Positions 14,624-15,316 of a stretch of DNA of 15,316 nt are shown piece by piece (position 1 is the first letter of the stretch; each line of letters begins with the position of its first letter). Made by a program: the position numbers and the translations under genes. This stretch comes from Abditibacteriaceae bacterium (GTDB taxonomy: Bacteria; Armatimonadota; Abditibacteriia; Abditibacteriales; Abditibacteriaceae): positions 1 through 15,316 of the forward strand of contig JANMKN010000067.1 in assembly GCA_031372065.1 (NCBI GenBank). Reading direction: 5' to 3'. The notes under the pieces were generated by a model. That model searched no databases. It was not told where the DNA came from and worked only from the letters and a program-made list of their open reading frames with translations.

Positions 14624-15316
14624 ATGATCGTTACCACCAAAGAACTTTTCAACCTCGCCTATGGCAACTACGCCGTGGGCGCTTACAACATCAACAACCT
14701 TGAACAAACCATGGGCTTGTTCAAGGGCTGCATTGATTCGCAGGCGCCGTTTATCATTCAGCTCTCGAAAGGCGCACGCAGCTACACCGATAAGCGAATG
14801 CTCGAAGGCATTATTCGCTCGGCGGAAGAAGTTTTTCCCGAAGCGATTTTCGCGGTTCACCTCGATCACGGCGATGAGCAGACCTGCTACGACTGCATTG
14901 ATTCGGGCTTTTATTCCAGCGTGATGATTGACGCTTCGCACGATCCGCTTGATGAAAACATCGCTATCACGCGCCGCGTGGTCGAGCGCGCTCACGCCAA
15001 AGGCGTTTCAGTTGAAGCCGAGCTTGGAATGCTTGGCGGCGTGGAAGAACACGTCGCTGTGGACGAAAAAAACGCCTGCCTGACCGACCCCGCCGACGCC
15101 GAGAAGTTCGTCACCGAAAGCGGCTGCGACAGCCTCGCGGTTGCCATCGGCACCTCGCACGGCGCTTACAAATTCAGCGGCGGACAAGGCTTGCACTTCG
15201 ACCGGATTAAACAGATTCAGCAGATTCTGCCCGGTTTTCCGATGGTGATGCACGGCAGTTCCAGCGTGCCACAAGACGAAGTGAAGCGCATCAACGAAGC
15301 CGGCGGCAAACTGCGC
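14624..15316 (+). CDS. fba: Class II fructose-1,6-bisphosphate aldolase (3' end beyond window)
   Basis: Not in the ORF track; translated by hand: MIVTTKELF...YAVGAYNINN...AVHLDHG...SSVMIDASH...VEAELGMLGG...LAVAIGTSHGAYKF...VMHGSS; RBS AGGAG. Confidence 0.97.
   Translation, partial: MIVTTKELFNLAYGNYAVGAYNINNLEQTMGLFKGCIDSQAPFIIQLSKGARSYTDKRMLEGIIRSAEEVFPEAIFAVHLDHGDEQTCYDCIDSGFYSSVMIDASHDPLDENIAITRRVVERAHAKGVSVEAELGMLGGVEEHVAVDEKNACLTDPADAEKFVTESGCDSLAVAIGTSHGAYKFSGGQGLHFDRIKQIQQILPGFPMVMHGSSSVPQDEVKRINEAGGKLR

Noticed and set aside
13820..14995. Long antisense ORFs (13820-14554 +, 14543-14995 -) and similar shadows over purA and GH26
   Set aside because: They are opposite-strand shadows of well-supported genes, expected from GC-rich codon usage

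Overview
Bacterial chromosomal window of moderately high GC; the gene style suggests Armatimonadota/Abditibacteriota, but this is a weak inference. Recognisable genes: purA, a GT9 heptosyltransferase-like enzyme, class II fba (runs off the right end), a GH26 glycosidase, a GH142-like glycosidase with two discoidin domains, and cupredoxin, SRPBCC, GyrI-like, WD40 and NTF2-like proteins. There is also an unusual FxsA-DUF2442 fusion. The main observation is one architecture that occurs twice (about 918-2598 and about 10975-11872). In each copy, an array of 21-bp repeats forming a long imperfect palindrome ends in a sigma70-like promoter (-35/17 bp/-10). That promoter precedes a signal-peptide-less protein with helical domain(s) and a C-terminal beta-sandwich, clearly FN3 in locus 2. 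An AT-richer exported-protein gene lies divergently on the other side of each array. The two arrays differ in sequence but share period, symmetry and position, which suggests an uncharacterised repeat-array/FN3 system. A MITE-like element sits in the 5' UTR of the first copy, and three further REP-like palindromes occupy intergenic gaps.
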